Shown in pieces: positions 46,275-54,656 of a stretch of DNA of 64,000 nucleotides. The position numbers and the translations under genes were made by a program. Source of the DNA: an uncultured virus (IMG/VR IMGVR_UViG_3300011337_000167) (taxonomy: Duplodnaviria > Heunggongvirae > Uroviricota > Caudoviricetes); the IMG/VR virus record IMGVR_UViG_3300011337_000167, one strand, 5' to 3'. How positions within the stretch are numbered: the stretch's first letter is position 1; each line of letters begins with the position of its first letter. The notes under the pieces are model-generated. The model saw nothing but the letters and a program-made list of their open reading frames with translations, did not search any database and was not told the origin of the DNA.

Positions 46275-48094
46275 AAATTTTTTGTTTAGACTTTGAGACC
46301 TATTACTCTCAAACCTTCTCCCTTAGCAAAATTACCACGGAAGAGTACGTCCGTAGCCCTGAGTTTGAAACCATCGGGGTGGCGGTGTGCGAACAAGGGA
46401 GCGCTCCTACTTGGTTTAGTGGTACTAAAGCAGATACAAAGAAGTTTTTGGATAGCTTTGAACTCAACAAGCATCTCGTGATAGCCCACAACGCTATGTT
46501 TGACATGGCTATCCTTAATTGGCAGTTTGATATAAGACCCAAGGGTATTGCTGATACTTTATCAATGGCAAGAGCCATACATGGCACGGAGGTTGGCGGT
46601 AGCCTTGCTAAGTTGGCGGAACACTATGGACTTGGAGTAAAAGGCACAGAAGTCTTACAAGCACAAGGTAAACGTCGGATTGACTTTAATGCGCAGGACT
46701 TGGCACAGTATGGCGAGTATTGCAAAAACGATGTGGTGCTTACGATGGGTTTGTTTGAGCAACTAAGTGCGGGCTTTCCTCCTAGTGAGTTACGACTTAT
46801 TGACCTGACTATCCGTATGTTTACTGAGCCTAGCCTATGGCTTGACGGCAACATGCTACATGACCATTTAGCTGAAGTACGGCAGAGGAAAGAAAGTTTA
46901 CTAGCAAGTATCGAGAAAGAAAAAGAGCACTTGATGAGTAACGACAAGTTTGCCGAGTTACTTATTGCACAGGGCATAGAACCCCCAACTAAAATTAGTC
47001 CTGCAACAGGTAAAGAGGCATGGGCATTTGCCAAGACCGATGAAGGGTTTAAGGAACTACTTGAACATGAGAACGAAGTGGTGCAATTATTAGCATCAGC
47101 GCGCTTAGGAGTGAAGTCAACCATTGAAGAAACAAGGACTGAACGCTTTATTGAAATAGCGCAGCGAGGCTTATTCCCCATACCACTACGCTACTATGCA
47201 GCTCATACAGGTCGTTGGGGCGGTGATGACAAGGTAAACCTACAAAACTTACCACGAGGCTCAATCCTCAAAGATGCAATTATGGCTCCCCCCGGGCACG
47301 TCGTTGTGGACTCTGACTCTAGTCAAATAGAAGCAAGAACGCTAGCGTGGCTGGCTGAACAGAATGATTTAGTGGATGCGTTTGAAAGGGGCGAAGATGT
47401 ATACAGAATCATGGCGTCGTCTATCTATAACAAGGCAACTGAAGAAATTAGCAAGGACGAAAGGTTCGTTGGTAAGACGACGATATTGGGATGTGGCTAC
47501 GGCATGGGGAGTGCGAAATTCAAAGCGCAACTCAAGACGTTCAACGTGGATATTGAGGAGGAGGAAGCCACACGTATTATTAAAGTCTACCGCCAAACTT
47601 ATGATTGGATTCCGCAACTATGGAATCAAGCTAACAAAGCACTAGATGCAATACTTAACAACCAAACTGCGACGCTTGGCAAGGTAGATGTCCTGCAAGT
47701 AGAGGGCAGAAGAGGCATTCGATTGCCAAACGGACTGTATATGAAGTACCCAAACCTACGCAAGATGCGTAACGAGCAGGGTAAGGACGAGTATGTCTAC
47801 GATATCAAGAAAGGCAAAGCAGTTGTGCCTAACAGGATATATGGTGGGAAAGTTATTGAGAACGTCTGCCAAGCGTTAGCCCGAATCATCGTTGGTGAGC
47901 AGATGCTACAAGTAGCTAAAAAATATAAAGTGGTAATGACTGTGCATGATGCGATTGCTTGCGTAATACCTGAACAAGAATCGGAAGCTGGTCAAGAGTA
48001 TGTGGAGATGTGTATGAAGATGCGACCCAAGTGGGCACAAGACCTGCCGTTGAGTTGCGAGTCAGGAATGGGGAGAAGTTATGGCGATTGCTAA
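46271..48094 (+). CDS. Family A DNA polymerase with 3'-5' exonuclease
   Basis: DFET, AHNAMFD, HTGRW, DSSQIEAR, KTTILGCGYG, VHD. Confidence 0.92.
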   Translation: MKIFCLDFETYYSQTFSLSKITTEEYVRSPEFETIGVAVCEQGSAPTWFSGTKADTKKFLDSFELNKHLVIAHNAMFDMAILNWQFDIRPKGIADTLSMARAIHGTEVGGSLAKLAEHYGLGVKGTEVLQAQGKRRIDFNAQDLAQYGEYCKNDVVLTMGLFEQLSAGFPPSELRLIDLTIRMFTEPSLWLDGNMLHDHLAEVRQRKESLLASIEKEKEHLMSNDKFAELLIAQGIEPPTKISPATGKEAWAFAKTDEGFKELLEHENEVVQLLASARLGVKSTIEETRTERFIEIAQRGLFPIPLRYYAAHTGRWGGDDKVNLQNLPRGSILKDAIMAPPGHVVVDSDSSQIEARTLAWLAEQNDLVDAFERGEDVYRIMASSIYNKATEEISKDERFVGKTTILGCGYGMGSAKFKAQLKTFNVDIEEEEATRIIKVYRQTYDWIPQLWNQANKALDAILNNQTATLGKVDVLQVEGRRGIRLPNGLYMKYPNLRKMRNEQGKDEYVYDIKKGKAVVPNRIYGGKVIENVCQALARIIVGEQMLQVAKKYKVVMTVHDAIACVIPEQESEAGQEYVEMCMKMRPKWAQDLPLSCESGMGRSYGDC

Positions 48095-49085
48095 TAGTCA
48101 CATATACGGGGAAGATAGAAACAAACTATACCCAATTGCATCAATTGGGTTTACTAAAGACATTTATCCAAACGTTAAAAGTGCAATTCAAAATATTGAA
48201 ATAAAAAACAAACTACTTAATGCGTTTACTGATTTTGTTAAGTTAGCACAACAAGGTAAGTGTTTTGATGTTCATTTTGATGCCCATAAAGAAAAGTCAA
48301 AAGAACTTATTGACTGCATACTTGAGCACCCTAAAATAATAGTTGAACGTGACTTTCTTGGTAGTCGTAGCCCAATTTATGACACAGCAGTTAGCGCAAT
48401 TGAGTCGCTTGGAGAAATACGTCTTCCTTTTCCAAAAATAACAATAATAGGAGGAGAAAGAGTAAATAAAGATTTCCCTGATGAAACAGACGAAATCATA
48501 GTGCAAGATGGCTCAGTCAATCTTTTGTATTCTTTTTTTCTAACGCAAGATCAAGATCGCATAACAATAAATGCTTTATTTAGTAAACCAAATGAAATAG
48601 GGAAGAATTATTTTATAGCCCATTGTGTACTACATTTTGTAGAGGGCAAACTTAAACTGTCTAAGCCGTTCGTTGCTCGTAAACATAAATACGAGCTTGC
48701 GGAACCTGAAACCATGGACAACATGTCCTACCTCGCAATTATTGCTGTATATATGTTAACCATAGCAGGTGGTGATATGTATGTATCTGCCCCTACCCCC
48801 GATGAAATTGCCGTTAATAAAAAACGTATTAATAAAGGTAAGAAACCTTTGATTGAGTTTAGGTTAATTACAGTTGATGGTAAAAAGTCAGCTTTGCCAT
48901 CTATACCACAGGGCACACATGCCTCACCAAGATTGCATTGGAGACGTGGTCATTGGCGCATTATGAAGAAGTCAGGCAAAAAAGTATGGATTGACCCGAT
49001 GCTAGTGGGTGACGAAGAAAACGGCAAGATCATCAAAGACTATGCCGTAGGTAATTACGAGGAGAAAGAACGTGTACATCATTAA
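48081..49085 (+). CDS. Hypothetical protein, AT-rich
   Basis: 334 aa, C-terminal SPRLHWRRGHWR. Confidence 0.7.
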   Translation: MAIANSHIYGEDRNKLYPIASIGFTKDIYPNVKSAIQNIEIKNKLLNAFTDFVKLAQQGKCFDVHFDAHKEKSKELIDCILEHPKIIVERDFLGSRSPIYDTAVSAIESLGEIRLPFPKITIIGGERVNKDFPDETDEIIVQDGSVNLLYSFFLTQDQDRITINALFSKPNEIGKNYFIAHCVLHFVEGKLKLSKPFVARKHKYELAEPETMDNMSYLAIIAVYMLTIAGGDMYVSAPTPDEIAVNKKRINKGKKPLIEFRLITVDGKKSALPSIPQGTHASPRLHWRRGHWRIMKKSGKKVWIDPMLVGDEENGKIIKDYAVGNYEEKERVHH

Positions 49086-49232
49086 AGATGAGAACGGTGA
49101 AGTTATGCGCATAGTGGGTAGGCAAGAAGAGGCAAGACATATTGTGCAACAGCGTGAAGGCTGGACTTTTAAATGCGTACGCAAAGTCGTACGTAAGATA
49201 GTAGAAGGGTATAAATTTGAGGAGGCATTATT

Positions 49233-49541
49233 TTGAAAAAACTGTTAACGGTTCTTTTGTTTGTCCCAACTATTGCACTAGGTGGAGTAGTTGCTACTCT
49301 GCCCAATCAAGCGGGTGGAAAGATTGTACTAACCGATGAAGAGTGCAGATATGCGGGAGAAATATATACAGCCCTACGCAAGTCGTATAACTACGGCAGT
49401 TCAGGTAGTACAAGCGACGGGTGCTGGTATTTAGATGATGAAACTGTTGTAGTTATTTGGAAACAGAGTAACGGACAGGCAAGCACAAAACGATATCCAG
49501 TAGAAAACTTTGACATCCGCAAGCGGGGTAAAAACTTATGA
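49233..49541 (+). CDS. Signal-peptide protein
   Basis: GGAGG RBS, TTG start, KKLLTVLLF signal, NQAGGKIVLT. Confidence 0.6.
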   Translation: MKKLLTVLLFVPTIALGGVVATLPNQAGGKIVLTDEECRYAGEIYTALRKSYNYGSSGSTSDGCWYLDDETVVVIWKQSNGQASTKRYPVENFDIRKRGKNL

Positions 49542-49707
49542 TCGTCACAATACTTAACCTGTTTGCTCTGTTTGTTGCCGTGTTTGCGGTGCTAATATTT
49601 GTGGTAGTGTTTACATTCTTTTTATTTATTATGTTTGCTTGTGTGTATATTGGATGGATAGAGATTAGGTCAATGCCGTTAACTGACGTTTGGGAGAAAA
49701 TTAAAAA

Positions 49708-49941
49708 ATGACAACTTGGACTACCGAAGACCGTAAAAATTCAGCACCTCCACACGTTGTAGATAGTGGTGCCAGTTACGAGCCTATTCCGTTTGCGGGC
49801 ATAGTAGCCATTGATGACCAAGAAGATTTAGAACAAATGTTACGACACCAGTTGCATATAGTTACTGAGCAATTAGCTACGGTACAAGCCGAGTGCCAAC
49901 GACTACGAAATAAACTAAGAGAGGCGGGTATAAATGACTGA
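49708..49941 (+). CDS. Hypothetical protein
   Basis: GGAG RBS. Confidence 0.55.
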   Translation: MTTWTTEDRKNSAPPHVVDSGASYEPIPFAGIVAIDDQEDLEQMLRHQLHIVTEQLATVQAECQRLRNKLREAGIND

Positions 49942-50143
49942 AGAAGATAAAGGCATGCTACGTGATATATTTGCGGGCTTGGCTATGAACGGATGGATTA
50001 TTAACGGGGATTATTCTAAAGAAGAAATACCCCAAATGGCATATATCATGGCTGATGCCATGATGGAAACTAGAGATAAAGGAGAAGAACTTGGAATTGC
50101 AGCAGTTAAACCTAGAAAGCGATATCTTAGAAAAGGTACTTGA
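49934..50143 (+). CDS. Conserved small phage protein
   Basis: LRDIFAGLAM..AY.MADAM. Confidence 0.7.
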   Translation: MTEEDKGMLRDIFAGLAMNGWIINGDYSKEEIPQMAYIMADAMMETRDKGEELGIAAVKPRKRYLRKGT

Positions 50144-50304
50144 TCGTGGAAAGAAATATTGCTCGAGCTGTACTAGTTATAAGCCTGATATTGGTGGTCA
50201 AGTGCTTGTTGTTGGTAGTCGGCATAGACCAATTCGACGATGGAAGTGTGCTCACTGCCTAGCAAAGATTTCACAAGCTAAATACTCATCAAAGAAAAAA
50301 TAAT

Positions 50305-50976
50305 ATGCCAGCATGGTCATACAGTAGTTTAAAAACATTTCAACAATGCCCGAAGAAGTATTACCATCTTAAGGTAGCCAAGGATGTAAAGGATGATGGT
50401 AGTGAAGCTACTGTGTATGGCAAAGAGCTACATAAAGTTGCTGAGGACTACATCAAAGATGGCACACCCATCCCCCCACAGTTTGCGTTTATTCAAGATA
50501 CAGTAGATGCGCTTAAGAGAATACCAGGTGAAAAGCATACTGAAATTGAACTAGGTGTATCTAATAAAGGTGGCAGACTTAATCCTTGTGGGTTCTACGA
50601 TAAAGATGCGTGGTATCGGGGTATTGCTGACTTGCTGATTGTTAATGGCGACGAAGGCTACCTAGTGGATTACAAGAGCAGTAAGAATGCAAAGTACGCT
50701 GACTTAAAACAGTTGGATTTACTAGCGGGTGCGGTATTTGCTCATTTCCCAGAACTTAAAACGCTTAAGTCTGCTTTGATATTTGTAGTTAGTAATGAGT
50801 TTGTAAACAAAGAACACAGTTCAATGCACAAGATGGCTTACTTTGAGCATGTGCGATTTGATTTAGAACGGCTTGAAACAGCCCTAAAAACGGGTGTATG
50901 GAACGCAGTAGCGGGTCCGTTGTGTGGGTGGTGTCCCGTCAAGACTTGTCATAATTATAGGGAGAGACGCAAATGA
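50305..50976 (+). CDS. PD-(D/E)XK exonuclease
   Basis: WSYSSL..CP, G.ELH, GIADL, VDYKS, C-terminal CGWCP..C. Confidence 0.85.
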   Translation: MPAWSYSSLKTFQQCPKKYYHLKVAKDVKDDGSEATVYGKELHKVAEDYIKDGTPIPPQFAFIQDTVDALKRIPGEKHTEIELGVSNKGGRLNPCGFYDKDAWYRGIADLLIVNGDEGYLVDYKSSKNAKYADLKQLDLLAGAVFAHFPELKTLKSALIFVVSNEFVNKEHSSMHKMAYFEHVRFDLERLETALKTGVWNAVAGPLCGWCPVKTCHNYRERRK

Positions 50977-51386
50977 GCTTCAGTAAAGGAGTTACAAAAG
51001 AAAAAGGAAAACAAACCCCAAAAGACGCTTGGGATTACATTAGGGGCGAACATGAAATATGCCATTGCTCTTACCCTAGTTGTCGTAATAGAAAAATAAC
51101 TAGAGACCAAGATGCTGTGTCTTGGGACATAGTGCATATAGCAAAAGATCAATTTGAATTTAACTTATCCCCATTAGCAAAACTAGCAGTAGTTGCTAAC
51201 CCAAAAATTACGGATAGGGGTGAAGAATGGGGAGATTATTTTGTTACTTTATCTATGCATGCGGAATGCGCTGCAGAATGGGGTATGCACTTGATTAAAG
51301 ACGCCCTTGAGAGCCATAATGTAGGGACTAAACTTCGTAAGGAAAAACCTCAAAATGCCATACGTGAACAAACCAAGACCATATAA
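50973..51386 (+). CDS. Hypothetical protein
   Basis: Coupled ORF, Cys/His residues. Confidence 0.55.
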   Translation: MSFSKGVTKEKGKQTPKDAWDYIRGEHEICHCSYPSCRNRKITRDQDAVSWDIVHIAKDQFEFNLSPLAKLAVVANPKITDRGEEWGDYFVTLSMHAECAAEWGMHLIKDALESHNVGTKLRKEKPQNAIREQTKTI

Positions 51387-51639
51387 AAAAGAATACGAAC
51401 AGTATCAGGGTAAACCCGAACAAATAAAGAATAGGGCTAAACGTAACACAGCCCGTGCGGAGCTAATGAAAGAAGGAAAGGTACACAAGGGTGATGGAAA
51501 AGACGTCGATCATGCAAAACCTCTCAGCAAGGGGGGAACAAGTGCTAGGGGTAATCTCAAGGTTAAACCCGCTAGCAAGAACAGATCATTCAGTAGGAAC
51601 TCAGACCACTCCGTCAAACGGAATGCAAGCAAGAAATAG
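51355..51639 (+). CDS. Small HNH protein
   Basis: DVDH.KPLSKGG..N..NR. Confidence 0.7.
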   Translation: MPYVNKPRPYKKEYEQYQGKPEQIKNRAKRNTARAELMKEGKVHKGDGKDVDHAKPLSKGGTSARGNLKVKPASKNRSFSRNSDHSVKRNASKK

Positions 51640-53017
51640 CATCCTAACGGATTACAACTGGCCTGGTAAACATAAGCCTTTTGCACACCAAAAGCAAACT
51701 TCTGAGTTCTTAACGCTTAACCGCAAGGCTTTCTGCTTTAACGAGCAGGGCACAGGTAAAACGGCTAGCGTAATATGGGCAGCTGACTACCTATTGAACC
51801 TAGGCGTTATCCGTCGTGTGCTTGTAATTTGCCCCTTATCTATTATGAGGTCGGCATGGCAACAGGACTTATTTAAGTTTGCGATTCACCGCACATGCGA
51901 TATAGCCCATGGTAGCCCAGTACAACGCAAAAAAATACTTGCCAACAATGCTGAGTTTGTCATTATTAACTTTGATGGGGTAGACATCGTCAAAGAAGAA
52001 GTCCTAAAAGGTGGGTTTGACCTAATCGTAGTAGATGAGGCAAGTGCCTACAAAAATGCACAAACAACCCGTTGGAAGACGCTCAGAGACATAGCCGCCC
52101 AAGTTAAGGGTATGTGGATGCTTACTGGTACTCCAGCAGCACAATCCCCCGTAGACGCATTTGGCCTCGCTAAGCTTATTAATCCTAATAACACCCCTAA
52201 ATTTTATGGTCAGTTCCGTGACCAAGTTATGTTCAAGGTAGGTACTTATCGTTGGATACCAAAACCCCAAGCCCAATCCGTTGTACATAAAGTGTTACAA
52301 CCTGCTATTCGGTTTGAGAAAGATCAATGCCTAGACCTACCTGATGTAACTTTTGTAGAACGGGATGCCCCGCTTACCCCCCAGCAAATAAAGTATTACA
52401 AAATACTCAAACAACAAATGTTGATACATGCAGATGGAGAGCAAGTTACTTCAGTAAACGCAGCTACCAACATCAACAAGCTACTGCAGATCTCTGGCGG
52501 TGCGGTATATACCGATACTAAAGAAGTCATACAGTTTGACGTATCCAACCGCTTACGGGTTATTGAAGAGGTTATTAACGAAGCTTCACATAAGGTCCTG
52601 GTGTTTGTTCCATTTACTCATACTATAGAACTACTAAGAACTTATTTAACCGCAGCTAATATTACTTGTGAAGTCATTAATGGGCAAGTGCCTGTAAATA
52701 AAAGGCACGACATAATCAAAGACTTCCAAGAGACCGATAACACTAGGGTCTTGATAATACAACCCCAAGCAGCATCTCACGGGTTAACACTAACAGCTGC
52801 TAATGTAATCATTTGGTATGCTCCTGTGACTAGCGTGGAAACATACTTGCAAGCTAATGCACGTATTAACCGCCCGGGGCAGAAGAACCCCATGACCATT
52901 GTGCATATCAAAGGAAGTGAAGTAGAAGCAAAGCTATACAGAATGTTACAAAATAATATAGATAGCCACACAAAAATAATTGACTTATATAGACAAGAAA
53001 TTGAAGATATAGCTTGA
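51623..53017 (+). CDS. SNF2-family helicase
   Basis: QGTGKT, DEAS, LTGTP, GLTLT, QANARINRPGQ; start approximate. Confidence 0.9.
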   Translation: MQARNSILTDYNWPGKHKPFAHQKQTSEFLTLNRKAFCFNEQGTGKTASVIWAADYLLNLGVIRRVLVICPLSIMRSAWQQDLFKFAIHRTCDIAHGSPVQRKKILANNAEFVIINFDGVDIVKEEVLKGGFDLIVVDEASAYKNAQTTRWKTLRDIAAQVKGMWMLTGTPAAQSPVDAFGLAKLINPNNTPKFYGQFRDQVMFKVGTYRWIPKPQAQSVVHKVLQPAIRFEKDQCLDLPDVTFVERDAPLTPQQIKYYKILKQQMLIHADGEQVTSVNAATNINKLLQISGGAVYTDTKEVIQFDVSNRLRVIEEVINEASHKVLVFVPFTHTIELLRTYLTAANITCEVINGQVPVNKRHDIIKDFQETDNTRVLIIQPQAASHGLTLTAANVIIWYAPVTSVETYLQANARINRPGQKNPMTIVHIKGSEVEAKLYRMLQNNIDSHTKIIDLYRQEIEDIA

Positions 53018-53041
53018 CATTGTCAAAGTCATTGGTATACT
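53014..53041 (+). promoter_or_regulatory. Sigma70 promoter with palindromic -35
   Basis: TTGACA-16-TATACT; TTGACATTGTCAA. Confidence 0.65.
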
Positions 53042-53069
53042 AGTGGTTCGTAGTTAGAAGGAGCTAAAA

Positions 53070-53477
53070 ATGAGTGATGTAGAAGTTATAGCAACAGACA
53101 AGCTTGCCGAGATTTATATAAAGATTAGAGACAAGCGAGCTGAGCTAAAGGAGAAGTTCGAGCAACAAGATGAAGAGCTCAAGGCTCAACAAGACTTGCT
53201 TGCAGAAAAAATGCTTGACGTATGTCGTGATAACAATGCTGACAGCATCAAGACACCAGCAGGGACAATTATTCGTAAAGTGGATACACGGTACTGGACG
53301 ACTGATTGGGATTCTATGTATCAGTTCATACAAGAACATGATGCCTACCCCCTGCTCGAGAAAAGATTGCATCAAACCAATCTTAAGCAGTTTCTCGAAG
53401 AGAATCCAAATCTGTTACCTGCTGGTTTACAAGCAGACAGTAAATACACCGTGGTCGTTAGAAGGAGCAAAGCATGA
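53070..53477 (+). CDS. Conserved replication-module protein
   Basis: YIKIRD, DW..MY.FI, LLEKR, P.G. Confidence 0.7.
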   Translation: MSDVEVIATDKLAEIYIKIRDKRAELKEKFEQQDEELKAQQDLLAEKMLDVCRDNNADSIKTPAGTIIRKVDTRYWTTDWDSMYQFIQEHDAYPLLEKRLHQTNLKQFLEENPNLLPAGLQADSKYTVVVRRSKA

Positions 53478-54349
53478 GTAATATTTCTATTTTTCAGCAA
53501 CAAAACTCAGTAGCAACTAATCGTGAGGTTAGTGAATTATCTAAAGCCCTAGCGGATAGTGGGGGCGGTACTAGTCGTCGTATCACCATGGCTAAGGGTG
53601 TATTTCGTAGGATCGTAAACGGCAAAGAAGCTGGTAAGGTTAAAGATGGTTTCCTAAATGTCATCATTATTAATGCACTACCAAAAGTATCTCGTCAGTT
53701 CTACGCTACTGCGTTTGACCCTGATGCAGCCCCAACTCTACCTGACTGCTGGTCTAATTTAGGTGATGTACCTGATCCCAAAGCCGCTAACGCTCAGTCC
53801 ACAAGTTGCGCTACCTGCCCACAAAACATTGATGGTTCTGGTACTAATGGCAAAGGTCGTGCATGCCGATTCAATCGTCGTATTGCCTTGTTGCTTGAAA
53901 ACGATATGAGTGGTGACATCTACCAATTTAATATTCCTGCCAAGTCTTTATTTGGTAAGGGTGTTGGTAATACGCATCCGTTTGAGAGTTACACTAAGTT
54001 TTTGCCAGCCAATGGCGAGAGCATTGATCGCATCATTACTCAGATTAGCTTTGATGAGAATGAGACCGCTGATGTGCTGAAGTTTACCCCCGTGCGTCAT
54101 TTGACCGACGAAGAGATTGATGTAGTCGAAGCAGCTCAAGCTACTCAAGAGTCCAAGCGGGTTATTCAGTTGACTGTAGCTCAGCAAGACGGTGTTGTTA
54201 AGTTGCCACCAGCAGCTAAAGCAGTTCCTGAAGCCGAGGCTGAAGTAGTTGAAGAGCCTGTTGTTAAACGAGCTAAGAAAGCTGAAGTGCCTCCCGCTGC
54301 ACCTAAAGCAAAGTTAGCAGATGTCGTTAACGCTTGGTCGGATAACTAA
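53474..54349 (+). CDS. Putative ssDNA-binding/annealing protein
   Basis: PDCWS..CATCPQN..GSG..ACR zinc motif, position in replication module. Confidence 0.55.
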   Translation: MSNISIFQQQNSVATNREVSELSKALADSGGGTSRRITMAKGVFRRIVNGKEAGKVKDGFLNVIIINALPKVSRQFYATAFDPDAAPTLPDCWSNLGDVPDPKAANAQSTSCATCPQNIDGSGTNGKGRACRFNRRIALLLENDMSGDIYQFNIPAKSLFGKGVGNTHPFESYTKFLPANGESIDRIITQISFDENETADVLKFTPVRHLTDEEIDVVEAAQATQESKRVIQLTVAQQDGVVKLPPAAKAVPEAEAEVVEEPVVKRAKKAEVPPAAPKAKLADVVNAWSDN

Positions 54350-54351
54350 TA

Positions 54352-54588
54352 ATGAGCTACGGCTATAGTGCTAAAACTATAGAGCTTAACAAGAAAGCTG
54401 GTAATACTAGGCTTGGGGTTGCGCTGGGTAGAGCTGCAATAAAAAAGGGTGTATCGGTTGCTGATATAGCAGAGATGTTAAATGTTAGTCGGCAGACGGT
54501 ATACAACTGGTTTATTGGGGCATACGATCCTAAGCCGGAGCTATCTAAAAGTATCACCAAGCTTATAGCTAATAGACTTAGTAAGTAA
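54352..54588 (+). CDS. XRE/Cro-type HTH regulator
   Basis: SVADIAEMLNVSRQTVYNWF.G. Confidence 0.8.
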   Translation: MSYGYSAKTIELNKKAGNTRLGVALGRAAIKKGVSVADIAEMLNVSRQTVYNWFIGAYDPKPELSKSITKLIANRLSK

Positions 54589-54610
54589 TAAAAAGCATCA
54601 CCGGAAGGTG

Positions 54611-54636
54611 AGGGGGGATTAGTCCCCCCTTTTTTC
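54611..54636 (+). terminator. Rho-independent terminator
   Basis: GGGGGA-TTAG-TCCCCC then T run. Confidence 0.7.
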
Positions 54637-54656
54637 CCCCTAACAACGAGACGAGA

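Noticed and set aside
50305..50976. Cas4 as part of a CRISPR system
   Set aside because: Ordinary phage PD-(D/E)XK exonuclease in a replication module.
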